DNA from: Bacillota bacterium
Lineage (GTDB): Bacteria > Bacillota > Clostridia > Christensenellales > UMGS416
DNA: 64,000 bases
Assembly: GCA_023435705.1 (NCBI GenBank)
Contig: JAEYRH010000016.1
Coordinates: 490,890-554,889, forward strand
Reading direction: 5' to 3'
Of the stretch, positions 19,532 to 27,867 are shown in pieces. The stretch's first letter is position 1; every line of letters begins with the position of its first letter. The notes below the pieces were generated by a model. The model was not told the origin of the DNA. It saw only the letters and a list, made by a program, of their open reading frames with translations, and did no database searches. A program made the position numbers and the translations under genes.

Positions 19532-20089
19532 TCAGGCGCGCTCCATATACTCGCCGGTGCGCGTGTCTATCCGCAACTTTTCGCCGGTGTTGATGAACAG
19601 CGGCACCATGACCGTGTAGCCGGTTTCCAGTTTGGCAGGCTTCAATGTGTTGGTGGCGGTGTCGCCCTTGAAGCCCGGCTCGGTGTCCACAACCTTCAGC
19701 TCCACAAAATTCGGTGGCTGCACCGAGAAGGGCTTGCCCTTGAAAAACTTGATCTGAACGCTCATATTTTCGATCAGGTAGGGCAGCGCTTCCTCCACCT
19801 GCTCCTTGGTGAGCGGCAGCTGCTCGAAATTCTCATTGTCCATGAAATGATAGAACTCGCCATCTTCATACAAATACTGCATGTCCTTGGTCTCAATCAT
19901 GGCGCGGGGCATTTTGTCCGTGGGATTGAAGGTGCGCTCCAGCACAGCACCGGTGATCACGTTTTTGATCTTGGTCCTTACAAACGCGGCACCCTTGCCC
20001 GGCTTGACATGCTGGAAATCGACGATGACGAAGACGTTGTTGTCAATCTCAATCGTCAATCCCTTTCTGAAATCACTGGCGTTGATCAT
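19532..20089 (-). CDS. efp: Elongation factor P
   Basis: [43 protein letters not shown] is the canonical EF-P sequence, including the KPGKG loop. Confidence 0.95.
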   Translation of the reverse strand: MINASDFRKGLTIEIDNNVFVIVDFQHVKPGKGAAFVRTKIKNVITGAVLERTFNPTDKMPRAMIETKDMQYLYEDGEFYHFMDNENFEQLPLTKEQVEEALPYLIENMSVQIKFFKGKPFSVQPPNFVELKVVDTEPGFKGDTATNTLKPAKLETGYTVMVPLFINTGEKLRIDTRTGEYMERA

Positions 20090-20102
20090 GTTCTTCCTCC
20101 GA

Positions 20103-21170
20103 TTACAATATTATCAGGCTCTTTTCAGAGACAAACAGGCTTTCCCAACCGGTATCTGTGATAATACAGGTGTCTTCAATCCGCACGCCGCCGATACCCG
20201 GCAGATAGATGCCCGGCTCCACGGTGACCGCCATGCCCGGCTCCAGTAATGTGCTGCTCCTGCCGCTCAACACCGGTTGCTCATGGATCTGCAAACCCAC
20301 GCCATGGCCCAGCCCGTGGCCGAAGTTTCCACCATATCCGTGTTGGTGAATCAGGTCTCGGGCAATGGCGTCCACCTCCCGGCAACTCTTGCCCGGTGCC
20401 AGGGCTTCAGCGGCTCTCGCCTGCGCATCCTGCACAATCCGGTAGATTTCCAGCATCTCGTTTTGAGGTTTGCCCACAGCGACCGTGCGGGTCATGTCCG
20501 CGTGGTAACCGCAATATTCAGCGCCAAAATCCAACGTGACCATATCACCGGCGCGGATCAGACGATCGGAAGTGATCGCGTGGGGCATCGAGCCATTTTC
20601 GCCGGATGCCACGATGAATTCAAAGGACTGTGCGGCTTTATGATGCTTTGCCATATAGTATTTGAGCTCTGCGCTGATTTCAATCTCACTTGCGCCAGGC
20701 TTAAGGATGGTCAGAAAATGCTGAAACGCTTGATCGGTGATCCGGCAGGCTTCGCGCAGCAACTTGATCTCATCAGCATCTTTCACAGCACGGATCCGGA
20801 CACAGAGCTCCCCCATCGGGATGAGCCTGGCTGGATCCAGTGCCTTGATGAACTGGCTGTGCTGGGCGACGGGCAGGAACTCATCCTCAAAACCAAGCAC
20901 AGATATACCATACTCACGGGCCAGCTGCGAGATGGTTTGCGGGTAATCGCGGTTTTCCGGCTCAAGCACCGTGCATCCGGGCGACTGCTTGCGCGCCTGC
21001 TCTGTGTAGCGGGAATCAGTCATCACAACGGAAACGCCACTGGCAATGAACGCGCAACCCTCGCCGGTAAATCCGGTGAAATAGCGGATGTTTTCCGGGC
21101 TATGAAGCATCGCTCCCTGCGCGCCTGCAGCCATCAGGCCGGACAACAAATTCTCAATACGCCTATTCAT
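20103..21170 (-). CDS. Xaa-Pro aminopeptidase/dipeptidase (M24B; YqhT/PepP-like)
   Basis: M24 metal-ligand pattern ([16 protein letters not shown]...[14 protein letters not shown]...VEPGIY...RIED). Conserved synteny with efp. GAGGAG lies 6 nt upstream of ATG 21170. Confidence 0.85.
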   Translation of the reverse strand: MNRRIENLLSGLMAAGAQGAMLHSPENIRYFTGFTGEGCAFIASGVSVVMTDSRYTEQARKQSPGCTVLEPENRDYPQTISQLAREYGISVLGFEDEFLPVAQHSQFIKALDPARLIPMGELCVRIRAVKDADEIKLLREACRITDQAFQHFLTILKPGASEIEISAELKYYMAKHHKAAQSFEFIVASGENGSMPHAITSDRLIRAGDMVTLDFGAEYCGYHADMTRTVAVGKPQNEMLEIYRIVQDAQARAAEALAPGKSCREVDAIARDLIHQHGYGGNFGHGLGHGVGLQIHEQPVLSGRSSTLLEPGMAVTVEPGIYLPGIGGVRIEDTCIITDTGWESLFVSEKSLIIL

Positions 21171-21238
21171 GGTGTCTCCTCGGTTTTGATCGTTACACTC
21201 GCAACAGTATACCATAACATGACGATTCTTAACAAGAA

Positions 21239-22105
21239 TTAACAGCTCAACGCAGCATAAATGGCCTTCATCCGCAGGGCATCTTCGGCCATAACATCTC
21301 TGGATTCGCAGATGATCACCGGATGGAGGCCTCTTTCACACAGCACCTGCGCAAGTGGATCGAACTCCGGGCCATAATCATGATCCTCAAAGGTGAGGTG
21401 CTTGATCTCACCCTTATTGCCATACTGGATGTGGCTGAAATGGGCATGGAATCCATCACACTTCTCAGACCCGAGCCGTGCTCCAATTGAATCGACGATC
21501 CGGCGAAAGTCATCGGCGGTTTTCAGCGAGCCTTGTTCCAGCGCATTGATGTGTCCGAAATCGATGGCGGGATAAACGTTGCTGCCCAGTCGGCACAGTG
21601 CCAGCACCTCGTCCAGTGTGCCCAATTGGGTGGGCCTGCCCATTGTCTCGGGGCAGAGGATCATCTCACCCAGCCCCTGCTCCTGCAACCCGGCCAGCAC
21701 CAATTCCAACTCCATCATAGCAAGCTTCAATGCCTCTGCCCTGTCCTGCCCAGCCGACGAACCCGCGTGAAATATGACTCGGGTAGCCCCCATCACGCTA
21801 GCCATCTTGGCGCTGTCAAACAGGTACTTCCTGGATTTGATCCGTGTTTCTTCGCTGGGGTTTGCCAGATTGATGTAATACGGCGCATGAACAGAAAGTG
21901 CAACATCGAATTTGCGTGATTCATCGCGCATGCTGCCAGCGAGGCTTTCGGTCAGCCGCACACCCCTGCCAAAGGAGTACTCGTATGCGTCCAGCCCAAG
22001 CTCATTGAGCCATCTGGGAATCTCGTCGCTTCGCTTATGGCCCTGCTCATAAAAGCTTGCCGAGTTACCGGCTGGCCCAAAGCGGATGCGGCGTTCACTT
22101 GCCAT
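21239..22105 (-). CDS. Endonuclease IV (Nfo)-family TIM-barrel protein
   Basis: SVHAPYYINLANP...IFHAG...CPETMG...IDFGHINA...HAHFSHIQY pattern resembles Endo IV metal ligands. The start is uncertain (ATG 22105 or TTG 22126); it overlaps the yqeG 3' end. Confidence 0.65.
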   Translation of the reverse strand: MASERRIRFGPAGNSASFYEQGHKRSDEIPRWLNELGLDAYEYSFGRGVRLTESLAGSMRDESRKFDVALSVHAPYYINLANPSEETRIKSRKYLFDSAKMASVMGATRVIFHAGSSAGQDRAEALKLAMMELELVLAGLQEQGLGEMILCPETMGRPTQLGTLDEVLALCRLGSNVYPAIDFGHINALEQGSLKTADDFRRIVDSIGARLGSEKCDGFHAHFSHIQYGNKGEIKHLTFEDHDYGPEFDPLAQVLCERGLHPVIICESRDVMAEDALRMKAIYAALSC

Positions 22106-22607
22106 GCTCGCCAGCTTCGTGGTCAAACGTGCGGCCGGTGATCATGCGCTCAAACCGGCGCATAAACCGGGTCCATTTATATTCGCGGTTGGAAATGGGC
22201 TTGACCAGTATCGTGCGCACGCCCAGGATATTGGCACCGAAGATATCAGTGAACACCTGATCGCCCACAAAAACGCTGGTGTGCCGATGCGACTTGAGTG
22301 ATTTCAAAGCTTTTAGGTAGCCGCCAAGCAACGGCTTGCAGGCGCCCCAAACACCCTCCACCTCAAGGATGGCTGTGAGCTTCTTGATGCGCCACTTCTG
22401 GTTGTTTGATATGATGCAGATCTTAAAGCCAAGCCTCTTGGCATTCTGTATCCAAGAACAAGTCGTTTCATCGATGTTGAACGTGTGCCATGGAACAACA
22501 GTATTATCCATATCCAAAAGCAACGTGTCGATTTGCTGTTCGCGCAGCATTTCCAAATCGATCACGGGCAGCTTGTCAACCTTCATCCATGGTTCCAACA
22601 ATTTCAT
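22095..22607 (-). CDS. yqeG: YqeG-family HAD-IIIA phosphatase
   Basis: LLLDMDNTVVPW...ICIISNN...KP...VFVGDQVFTDI HAD motifs I-IV with YqeG-like length (170 aa). Confidence 0.85.
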   Translation of the reverse strand: MKLLEPWMKVDKLPVIDLEMLREQQIDTLLLDMDNTVVPWHTFNIDETTCSWIQNAKRLGFKICIISNNQKWRIKKLTAILEVEGVWGACKPLLGGYLKALKSLKSHRHTSVFVGDQVFTDIFGANILGVRTILVKPISNREYKWTRFMRRFERMITGRTFDHEAGEHGK

Positions 22608-22681
22608 TCATTCACCTTGCTCGGCCAAATGGTTATGCCACAACGATATGATTTCCACATCTGCAGAAAGCACATGCGATA

Positions 22682-22710
22682 ATGATAGTAAAACGGTCAA
22701 AAATTGTCAA
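22682..22710 (-). promoter_or_regulatory. Putative sigma-A promoter for the yqeG operon (TTGACA-17-TATCAT)
   Basis: On the minus strand: TTGACA (22710-22705), 17-nt spacer, TATCAT (22687-22682), about 70 nt upstream of the yqeG ATG. Confidence 0.55.
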
Positions 22711-22756
22711 CCTAAAACAAAGCCGTGCTTGAGCCTTTCTCCTTGCAGACAGAAAG

Positions 22757-22784
22757 ATAGCCGGAACGGGGAGGTTCCGGCTAT
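22757..22784 (-). terminator. Hairpin terminator-like element (11-bp stem) about 150 nt downstream of the membrane-protein gene
   Basis: ATAGCCGGAAC-GGGGAG-GTTCCGGCTAT. On the minus strand it is followed by CTTTCTGTCT (a weak U tract). Confidence 0.5.
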
Positions 22785-22937
22785 TGGGGAGAGGAGAATT
22801 TGAAGGAAGAACGTTGCGGAGTATCTCCAGCAGAAGGTGCGACTGCCCCGCCGCTTCCTGCTTTACCAGTATTGCCACATTTTTGACCTATATACCGGAG
22901 TTTAAGAAATCATTGAGGAATCTCGTAATACTTACCA

Positions 22938-23609
22938 CTAGTTGCGGGCACCGGGCTTTTTGGGCTGAGATCTTTTCTTATTCTTCAAATCATCCTGCAC
23001 TCGCTTGGCCTTGCGGGCCTTGTTGCGTTCAATGATCGTCTCAAGCCGTTGTTGCTGCACAGGGCCGTTGAGATATCCCAACCCTGCTGCAGACGTAAAT
23101 AACAGAAAGAATATCATGAATAGCGCTGGTGTAGCCTTTTCAAACGTCATAAATGCATTCAGGTATGTCATATTCCAGAGCTTCAAACCAGTCGTCATGA
23201 TGGCCGCCAAGGAATTCTCAGCAAAAAAGCCATCCAATGCATGAGTTGCATAGAGAATGTATGCCAGTGTTGCGATAAATGCATAAGCCATTGCTTGCGC
23301 AAGAGCTCCTCCTGCAAATCCAAACCATTTGCGATAAACCAATCTGGGTTTGTCTTTTTCGGCTGTGGTATTATCCTCCAGAATATTTCTGGTGATTTTG
23401 TCATTCTTAGTATCTTTGGTGCCGGAATTCACCGCATCAACCCACACCAGACCAAGCATTACAAGAGAAAACAAGATCGTGATGATCCATCCGAACACAG
23501 CATTGTTCCAATTGCTGATGATTGGAAGCATGATAAACACCGCCAGCAATACGGCAATGGCATTCAGCATCAGCAAACGGCCTGCAAACGAAAAGAGCTT
23601 TTTGACCAT
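22938..23609 (-). CDS. Hypothetical integral membrane protein with a basic C-terminal tail
   Basis: 4-5 predicted TM helices and a K/R-rich C-terminus. GGGGAG lies 7 nt upstream of ATG 23609. Visibly lower GC than its neighbours. Confidence 0.6.
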   Translation of the reverse strand: MVKKLFSFAGRLLMLNAIAVLLAVFIMLPIISNWNNAVFGWIITILFSLVMLGLVWVDAVNSGTKDTKNDKITRNILEDNTTAEKDKPRLVYRKWFGFAGGALAQAMAYAFIATLAYILYATHALDGFFAENSLAAIMTTGLKLWNMTYLNAFMTFEKATPALFMIFFLLFTSAAGLGYLNGPVQQQRLETIIERNKARKAKRVQDDLKNKKRSQPKKPGARN

Positions 23610-23613
23610 GCGT

Positions 23614-24201
23614 TTACTCCCCTGCCACAAGGCAATCTATGATTTCATCCTGGGTCACGATGATTTGAACAGGCACGTCAAAACTGCCATAGGGCAGATC
23701 CTGCAGAACCTGCACCGAAAACGCCGGTGCAATTGTAAGCGCCCGAGCCTTCGCAAGAATCCGGTCATAATAACCGGCCCCATAACCAAGCCTGTGGCCT
23801 GCTCTGTCAAAGGCTACTCCGGGCACAATTATAACAGAAAAATCATGGACAGTGCGTTCGTTCAGGCAATCTTTAGGTTCACGGATACCCCAACGTCCTG
23901 GCTCCAGATCAGTCTCAAGATTCGAGACGCGATACAGTTTAAGCTCACTGGCGCTGTAGCACCTGGGCAAGGCGCACAACACGCCTTTGCCGAGCGCCGC
24001 ACTAAGAAGCGGAGAAATATCAACCTCATCACCAAAGGGCATGAAAAACAGGATGCTTCTTGCATCCTGATAATCAGGCAACGATGCGATTGTTTTACAA
24101 ATCTTTTGAGACCAGTCCGCACGCCTGGCACCGTCCAGGCCAGCCCGAGCAGCAAGGATTTGTTTGCGGATCGCTTTTTTTTGAGCGACCAGCTCAGCCA
24201 T
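23614..24201 (-). CDS. 5-formyltetrahydrofolate cyclo-ligase
   Basis: ...ILFFMPFGDEVDISPLL...WGIREP...IIVPGVAFDRAGHRLGYGAGYYDR are the MTHFS signature motifs. The start overlaps the alr stop (ATG 24201; alternatives to 24213). Confidence 0.85.
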   Translation of the reverse strand: MAELVAQKKAIRKQILAARAGLDGARRADWSQKICKTIASLPDYQDARSILFFMPFGDEVDISPLLSAALGKGVLCALPRCYSASELKLYRVSNLETDLEPGRWGIREPKDCLNERTVHDFSVIIVPGVAFDRAGHRLGYGAGYYDRILAKARALTIAPAFSVQVLQDLPYGSFDVPVQIIVTQDEIIDCLVAGE

Positions 24202-25306
24202 TGACATACACACGCTTCACGCGATCGCCGATGGTGGTGATGATCTCATAATTGATCGTGCCGGAGAGTTCGGCCAGCTCGTTGGCAGAGATCTCCTCCT
24301 CTCCCCTTCGACCGATCAGTACTGCTTCATCACCTACGGTCACGCCGCCGATGTCTGTCACATCGGCCATCATGTGATCCATGCACACACGGCCAACCAC
24401 CGGTGCGCGCTTGCCATGGATCAGCACGTCAGACTTGCTTCCAAGGACACGGCGGTAACCATCAGCATAACCAACCGGCAGCGTGGCGATCACGCGGTCG
24501 CCGGGCGCGGTCCAAATTCGGCCGTAGCTCACAGTGTCACCCTTGTGTACGGTCTTCACCTGCACCACACTGGTCTTCCATTCGAAAGCCGGTTTGAGTG
24601 CGCAATCGGTGACGCCGGCCGGGTGCAGGCCATACATCGCGATGCCCAAGCGCACAAGATCCAAGTGGGAAAACGGGCACTCAAGCGCTGCCCCGCTGTT
24701 GCCGATGTGCAGCAACGGGTTGAAACCGGCGTTGCGGCACTGCCTGACTGCCTGCTCGAAGCGATGGTATTGTTGCTCTGAAAATGACTTATCAGCAATT
24801 TCCGAAACGGCGAAATGGCTGTAGAGCCCTTCCAATTCGATGGAACCTGCAGCAGCTTTTGCCCGATCCAAAACCGCTTGCAGTTCTTCACCGGCGCGCA
24901 CGCCCATGCGGTTCATGCCGGTCTCCACCTTGATGTGGATCCGGGCCTTCCTGTCCATGCGCTTGCAGGCTGTTTCCAGGGCGTCTATCATTTCCACTGA
25001 ATAGACAGTCTGGGCAAGGTTATGCTCCACCGAGACAGGTGCCAGCTCCGGCAGCATGCCTCCCATCACAAGCACAGGGGCCGTGAAGCCGCCGTCACGC
25101 AGCTCCACGCCTTCATACACATCGGCTACTGCCAGGTATTTAGCCCCGGCTTCCGCAGCCGCACGGGAAACCGCCAGCACGCCATGACCGTAGCCATTGG
25201 CCTTTACCACCGCCATGATGCCAGTGTTGGCAGGGAGCAGTGTGGAAATATGGTTCAGATTGCTTTTGATTGCCGCGAGATCAATCACGGCATGGCTTCT
25301 GTACAA
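24194..25306 (-). CDS. alr: Alanine racemase
   Basis: AVVKANGYGHG PLP-lysine motif and Alr-like C-terminal domain. TTG start 25306 with GGAGG 6 nt upstream. Confidence 0.9.
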   Translation of the reverse strand: MYRSHAVIDLAAIKSNLNHISTLLPANTGIMAVVKANGYGHGVLAVSRAAAEAGAKYLAVADVYEGVELRDGGFTAPVLVMGGMLPELAPVSVEHNLAQTVYSVEMIDALETACKRMDRKARIHIKVETGMNRMGVRAGEELQAVLDRAKAAAGSIELEGLYSHFAVSEIADKSFSEQQYHRFEQAVRQCRNAGFNPLLHIGNSGAALECPFSHLDLVRLGIAMYGLHPAGVTDCALKPAFEWKTSVVQVKTVHKGDTVSYGRIWTAPGDRVIATLPVGYADGYRRVLGSKSDVLIHGKRAPVVGRVCMDHMMADVTDIGGVTVGDEAVLIGRRGEEEISANELAELSGTINYEIITTIGDRVKRVYVNG

Positions 25307-25324
25307 TGGATGCCTCCCAATGTG

Positions 25325-25747
25325 TTATATCAGCTCGTTTTGTGCAAGGGGTTTGAGCCCTCTTCCCTCCAGCACAGCCACAGCCTTTTTGGGGTCGTCC
25401 ACCTTGAACAGGATCAAGGCGCTCTCCGTGGGCTTGCGCACAAAGGAATAGAGGTATTCCACGGCAACACCGCTGTCGCTCAATACATCCAGCGCCTCGG
25501 CAAGGCCCCCCGGAATGTCGTTGACCGCCACGGCCAAAAGCTCGGTGATGTTGACGGTGTAGCCGTGCTCCCGCAGCACTTTCAATGCCTTCTCGCTATC
25601 GTCCACGATGGCGCGCAGGATGCCGAAGTTTGTAGTGTCGGCGATGGACAGCGACTGCAGATCCACCCCCGCGTCACCCAACACGCGGGTGACGTGGGCC
25701 AGCCTGCCCTTGGTGTTTTCAATAAAGACCGAAAGCTGCTTTACCAT
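25325..25747 (-). CDS. ACT domain-containing (amino-acid-binding) protein
   Basis: Two ACT-like repeats (MVKQLSVFIENTKGRLAHVTRVLGDAGVDL...). GGAGGG SD. Confidence 0.75.
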   Translation of the reverse strand: MVKQLSVFIENTKGRLAHVTRVLGDAGVDLQSLSIADTTNFGILRAIVDDSEKALKVLREHGYTVNITELLAVAVNDIPGGLAEALDVLSDSGVAVEYLYSFVRKPTESALILFKVDDPKKAVAVLEGRGLKPLAQNELI

Positions 25748-25765
25748 AGTTTACCCTCCTTGCGC

Positions 25766-27067
25766 TCAGTCGTACACTCTTTTATCCATGACGCGCTTGG
25801 CCTTGCCCTGGCTGCGCTCGATGGACTTGGGCTCCACCAGCTTGATGGAGATGTTCACCCCCAGCACCGACTCAATGTCGTCCTTGATGCGCTGCCGGGC
25901 TTCTTCGATTACACGCACCTCGTCAGAGAAAAGCTTCTCTGACATTTCAACCCACACTTCCAGGATGTCCAGGTTGTCTTTGCGATCCACGACGATCAGG
26001 TAATGGGGCTCCACATCGGAATAGTTGACCAGTACACCTTCCACCTGCGACGGGAACACGTTAACTCCACGGATGATCAGCATGTCGTCAGACCGGCCCA
26101 TGATGCGGTTCATGCGCACATGGGTGCGACCACAGTCGCACACAGCATAGTTGAGGCTGGTGAGGTCGCGGGTGCGGTAACGGATCACCGGGATGCCCTC
26201 CTTGGTGATCGTGGTGAACACCAGCTCGCCCTTCTCCCCTTCCGGAAGCGGTTGCAATGTGACCGGGTCGATGATCTCGGGGATGAAGTGATCCTCAAAC
26301 ACATGCAAGCCCTGTTGGCATTCGCACTCAATGGACACACCAGGCCCAAGCACCTCGGAGAGGCCATAAATGTCCATCGCGCGGATGCCAAGACGCTGCT
26401 CGATCTGCCGGCGCATGCCCTCTGTCCAGGGCTCGGCGCCGAACACACCGGTGCGCAGCTTGAGCTCGGAAAGTTGAATTCCCTCCTCGGCGATGGCCTC
26501 GGCCAAATAAAGCGCATAGGATGGTGTGCAGGCCAGCATCGTGGTGCCGAAATCTTTCATCAGCATCACCTGGCGCTTGCTGTTGCCTCCGGAAATTGGG
26601 ATCACCGAAGCACCCAAACGCTCCGCTCCATAATGCATGCCCAGGCCACCGGTGAAAAGCCCGTAGCCATAGGCGATTTGGATCACGCTGTGCTTGTCTC
26701 CGCCAGCGGCCATGAGGCTGCGGGCAATGAGCTCACTCCAGGTGTTGATGTCGCCCTGTGTGTAGCCCACCACAGTGGGCTTGCCGGTGGTGCCGGAGGA
26801 GGCGTGGATGCGCACGATCTCGCTCTGCGGCACTGCGAACAGGCCGAAGGGGTAGTTGTCCCTCAGGTCCTGCTTGGTCGTGAAAGGCAGCAGTTTCAGG
26901 TCGTCCAGCGTGCGGATGTCACCGGGCAGCACGCCAGCCTGTTGCATGCGCATGCGGTAAAACGGCACGTTTTGGTAAACGTGGTTAACCGTTTTCTGGA
27001 GCCTGTCCAGCTTCAGGCGGTTCAATTCCTCGCGGGGCATGCATTCAAAGGTCTTGTTCCAATACAT
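25766..27067 (-). CDS. paaK: Phenylacetate-CoA ligase family protein (PaaK-type aryl-acetate adenylating enzyme)
   Basis: [20 protein letters not shown]-binding motif, YGLSE, and PaaK-type C-terminus (GKAKRVMD). Start at ATG 27067 ([15 protein letters not shown]). Confidence 0.85.
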   Translation of the reverse strand: MYWNKTFECMPREELNRLKLDRLQKTVNHVYQNVPFYRMRMQQAGVLPGDIRTLDDLKLLPFTTKQDLRDNYPFGLFAVPQSEIVRIHASSGTTGKPTVVGYTQGDINTWSELIARSLMAAGGDKHSVIQIAYGYGLFTGGLGMHYGAERLGASVIPISGGNSKRQVMLMKDFGTTMLACTPSYALYLAEAIAEEGIQLSELKLRTGVFGAEPWTEGMRRQIEQRLGIRAMDIYGLSEVLGPGVSIECECQQGLHVFEDHFIPEIIDPVTLQPLPEGEKGELVFTTITKEGIPVIRYRTRDLTSLNYAVCDCGRTHVRMNRIMGRSDDMLIIRGVNVFPSQVEGVLVNYSDVEPHYLIVVDRKDNLDILEVWVEMSEKLFSDEVRVIEEARQRIKDDIESVLGVNISIKLVEPKSIERSQGKAKRVMDKRVYD

Positions 27068-27176
27068 GGGCTTTCTCGTCTCCTCTCGGCTCAATGTCTG
27101 TCTCATCGGAAAAACGGATGATCCAATATATGGTGCGGGCAACGTATCAGGGATTCGGGCGGTTCATGAACCGTCA

Positions 27177-27296
27177 GTAACTCCCCCTGTCGCTTCGCGA
27201 CATCCCCCTCAAGAGGGGGACAAGCTCGTTCCTATCGAACTCCATCTTGCCTCCCTCTTGGAGGGAAGTGCCCCCGCAAGGGGGCGGAAAGAGGGC
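27177..27296. repeat. GC-rich modular nested-hairpin intergenic repeat, copy B (inverted relative to copy A)
   Basis: Fills most of the iorB-paaK spacer. Hairpins at 27189-27201, 27203-27220, 27250-27268 and 27270-27285 (GCAA/GNRA loop). 27199-27224 is the exact reverse complement of 8518-8543. 27246-27258 matches 8484-8496 and 27177-27191 matches 8576-8590. Confidence 0.75.
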
Positions 27297-27866
27297 TTAT
27301 TTCTTCCCCTCTTCAAACGCCTTCAAATTCACATCCAGTAGTTTAGCCGGCACGCAAGCCTTCAACGCGTCCAGCCATTTCTGTTCGTCAATGCCCATCA
27401 CGCGGGAGAGCATGCCCAGCATCACGGTGTTCACCGCTTTGGCGTTGCCTGCGTCCTGCGCTTTTTGCAGCGCGTCTGCGGCAATCACGGTAACATCATA
27501 TTTACCAAGCTCTTCAATGATGCCTGCCGGATAAGGCTGCTTGCCCGTGATCACAGGCATGGGCAGTATCTTCTGCGTGTTTGTAAGGATATAACCGCCA
27601 CGCCTCACATAGGGTGCGAAACGCAGCGCTTCCAGCTGTTCAAAGGCCAGCAGCACATCGGCATCTCCATACTCGATGATCGGGGAATACACCTTGTCGG
27701 CCATCTTCACATAGGTGACCACACTGCCGCCGCGTTGGGCCATGCCATGCACTTCAGATACCTTTACGTCATAGCCGGCTTCCTGGGCCAAGGTGCCCAG
27801 GATCTTGCTGGTGAGAAGCGTGCCCTGCCCGCCCACACCGGCTATCAAAATGTTCCAGCTCTTCAT
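27297..27866 (-). CDS. iorB: Indolepyruvate ferredoxin oxidoreductase subunit beta
   Basis: NILIAGVGGQGTLLTSKILG...VHGMAQRGGSV is the IorB/2-oxoacid:Fd OR gamma-type domain. AAGGAGG SD overlaps the iorA stop. Confidence 0.9.
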   Translation of the reverse strand: MKSWNILIAGVGGQGTLLTSKILGTLAQEAGYDVKVSEVHGMAQRGGSVVTYVKMADKVYSPIIEYGDADVLLAFEQLEALRFAPYVRRGGYILTNTQKILPMPVITGKQPYPAGIIEELGKYDVTVIAADALQKAQDAGNAKAVNTVMLGMLSRVMGIDEQKWLDALKACVPAKLLDVNLKAFEEGKK

Positions 27867-27867
27867 T

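Noticed and set aside
22608-22937. T-box or other known riboswitch in the long yqeG upstream gap.
   Set aside because: There is no T-box consensus (…GGUGGUACCGCG…), no specifier-loop architecture and no recognisable riboswitch core. The terminator-like hairpin lies upstream of the predicted yqeG promoter, so it is not an attenuator for yqeG.
26003-27121. Long antisense ORFs opposite well-supported genes. Examples: 26003-27121(+), 25022-25942(+), 20277-21242(+), 56501-57763(+), 13270-14130(-), 33985-34584(-), 61089-61832(-), 5481-6161(+), 51395-52195(+).
   Set aside because: These are typical shadow ORFs of GC-rich coding DNA. Their products are low-complexity and rich in Arg/Ala/Gly/His, they have no SD sequences, and each overlaps a gene with clear family motifs on the other strand.
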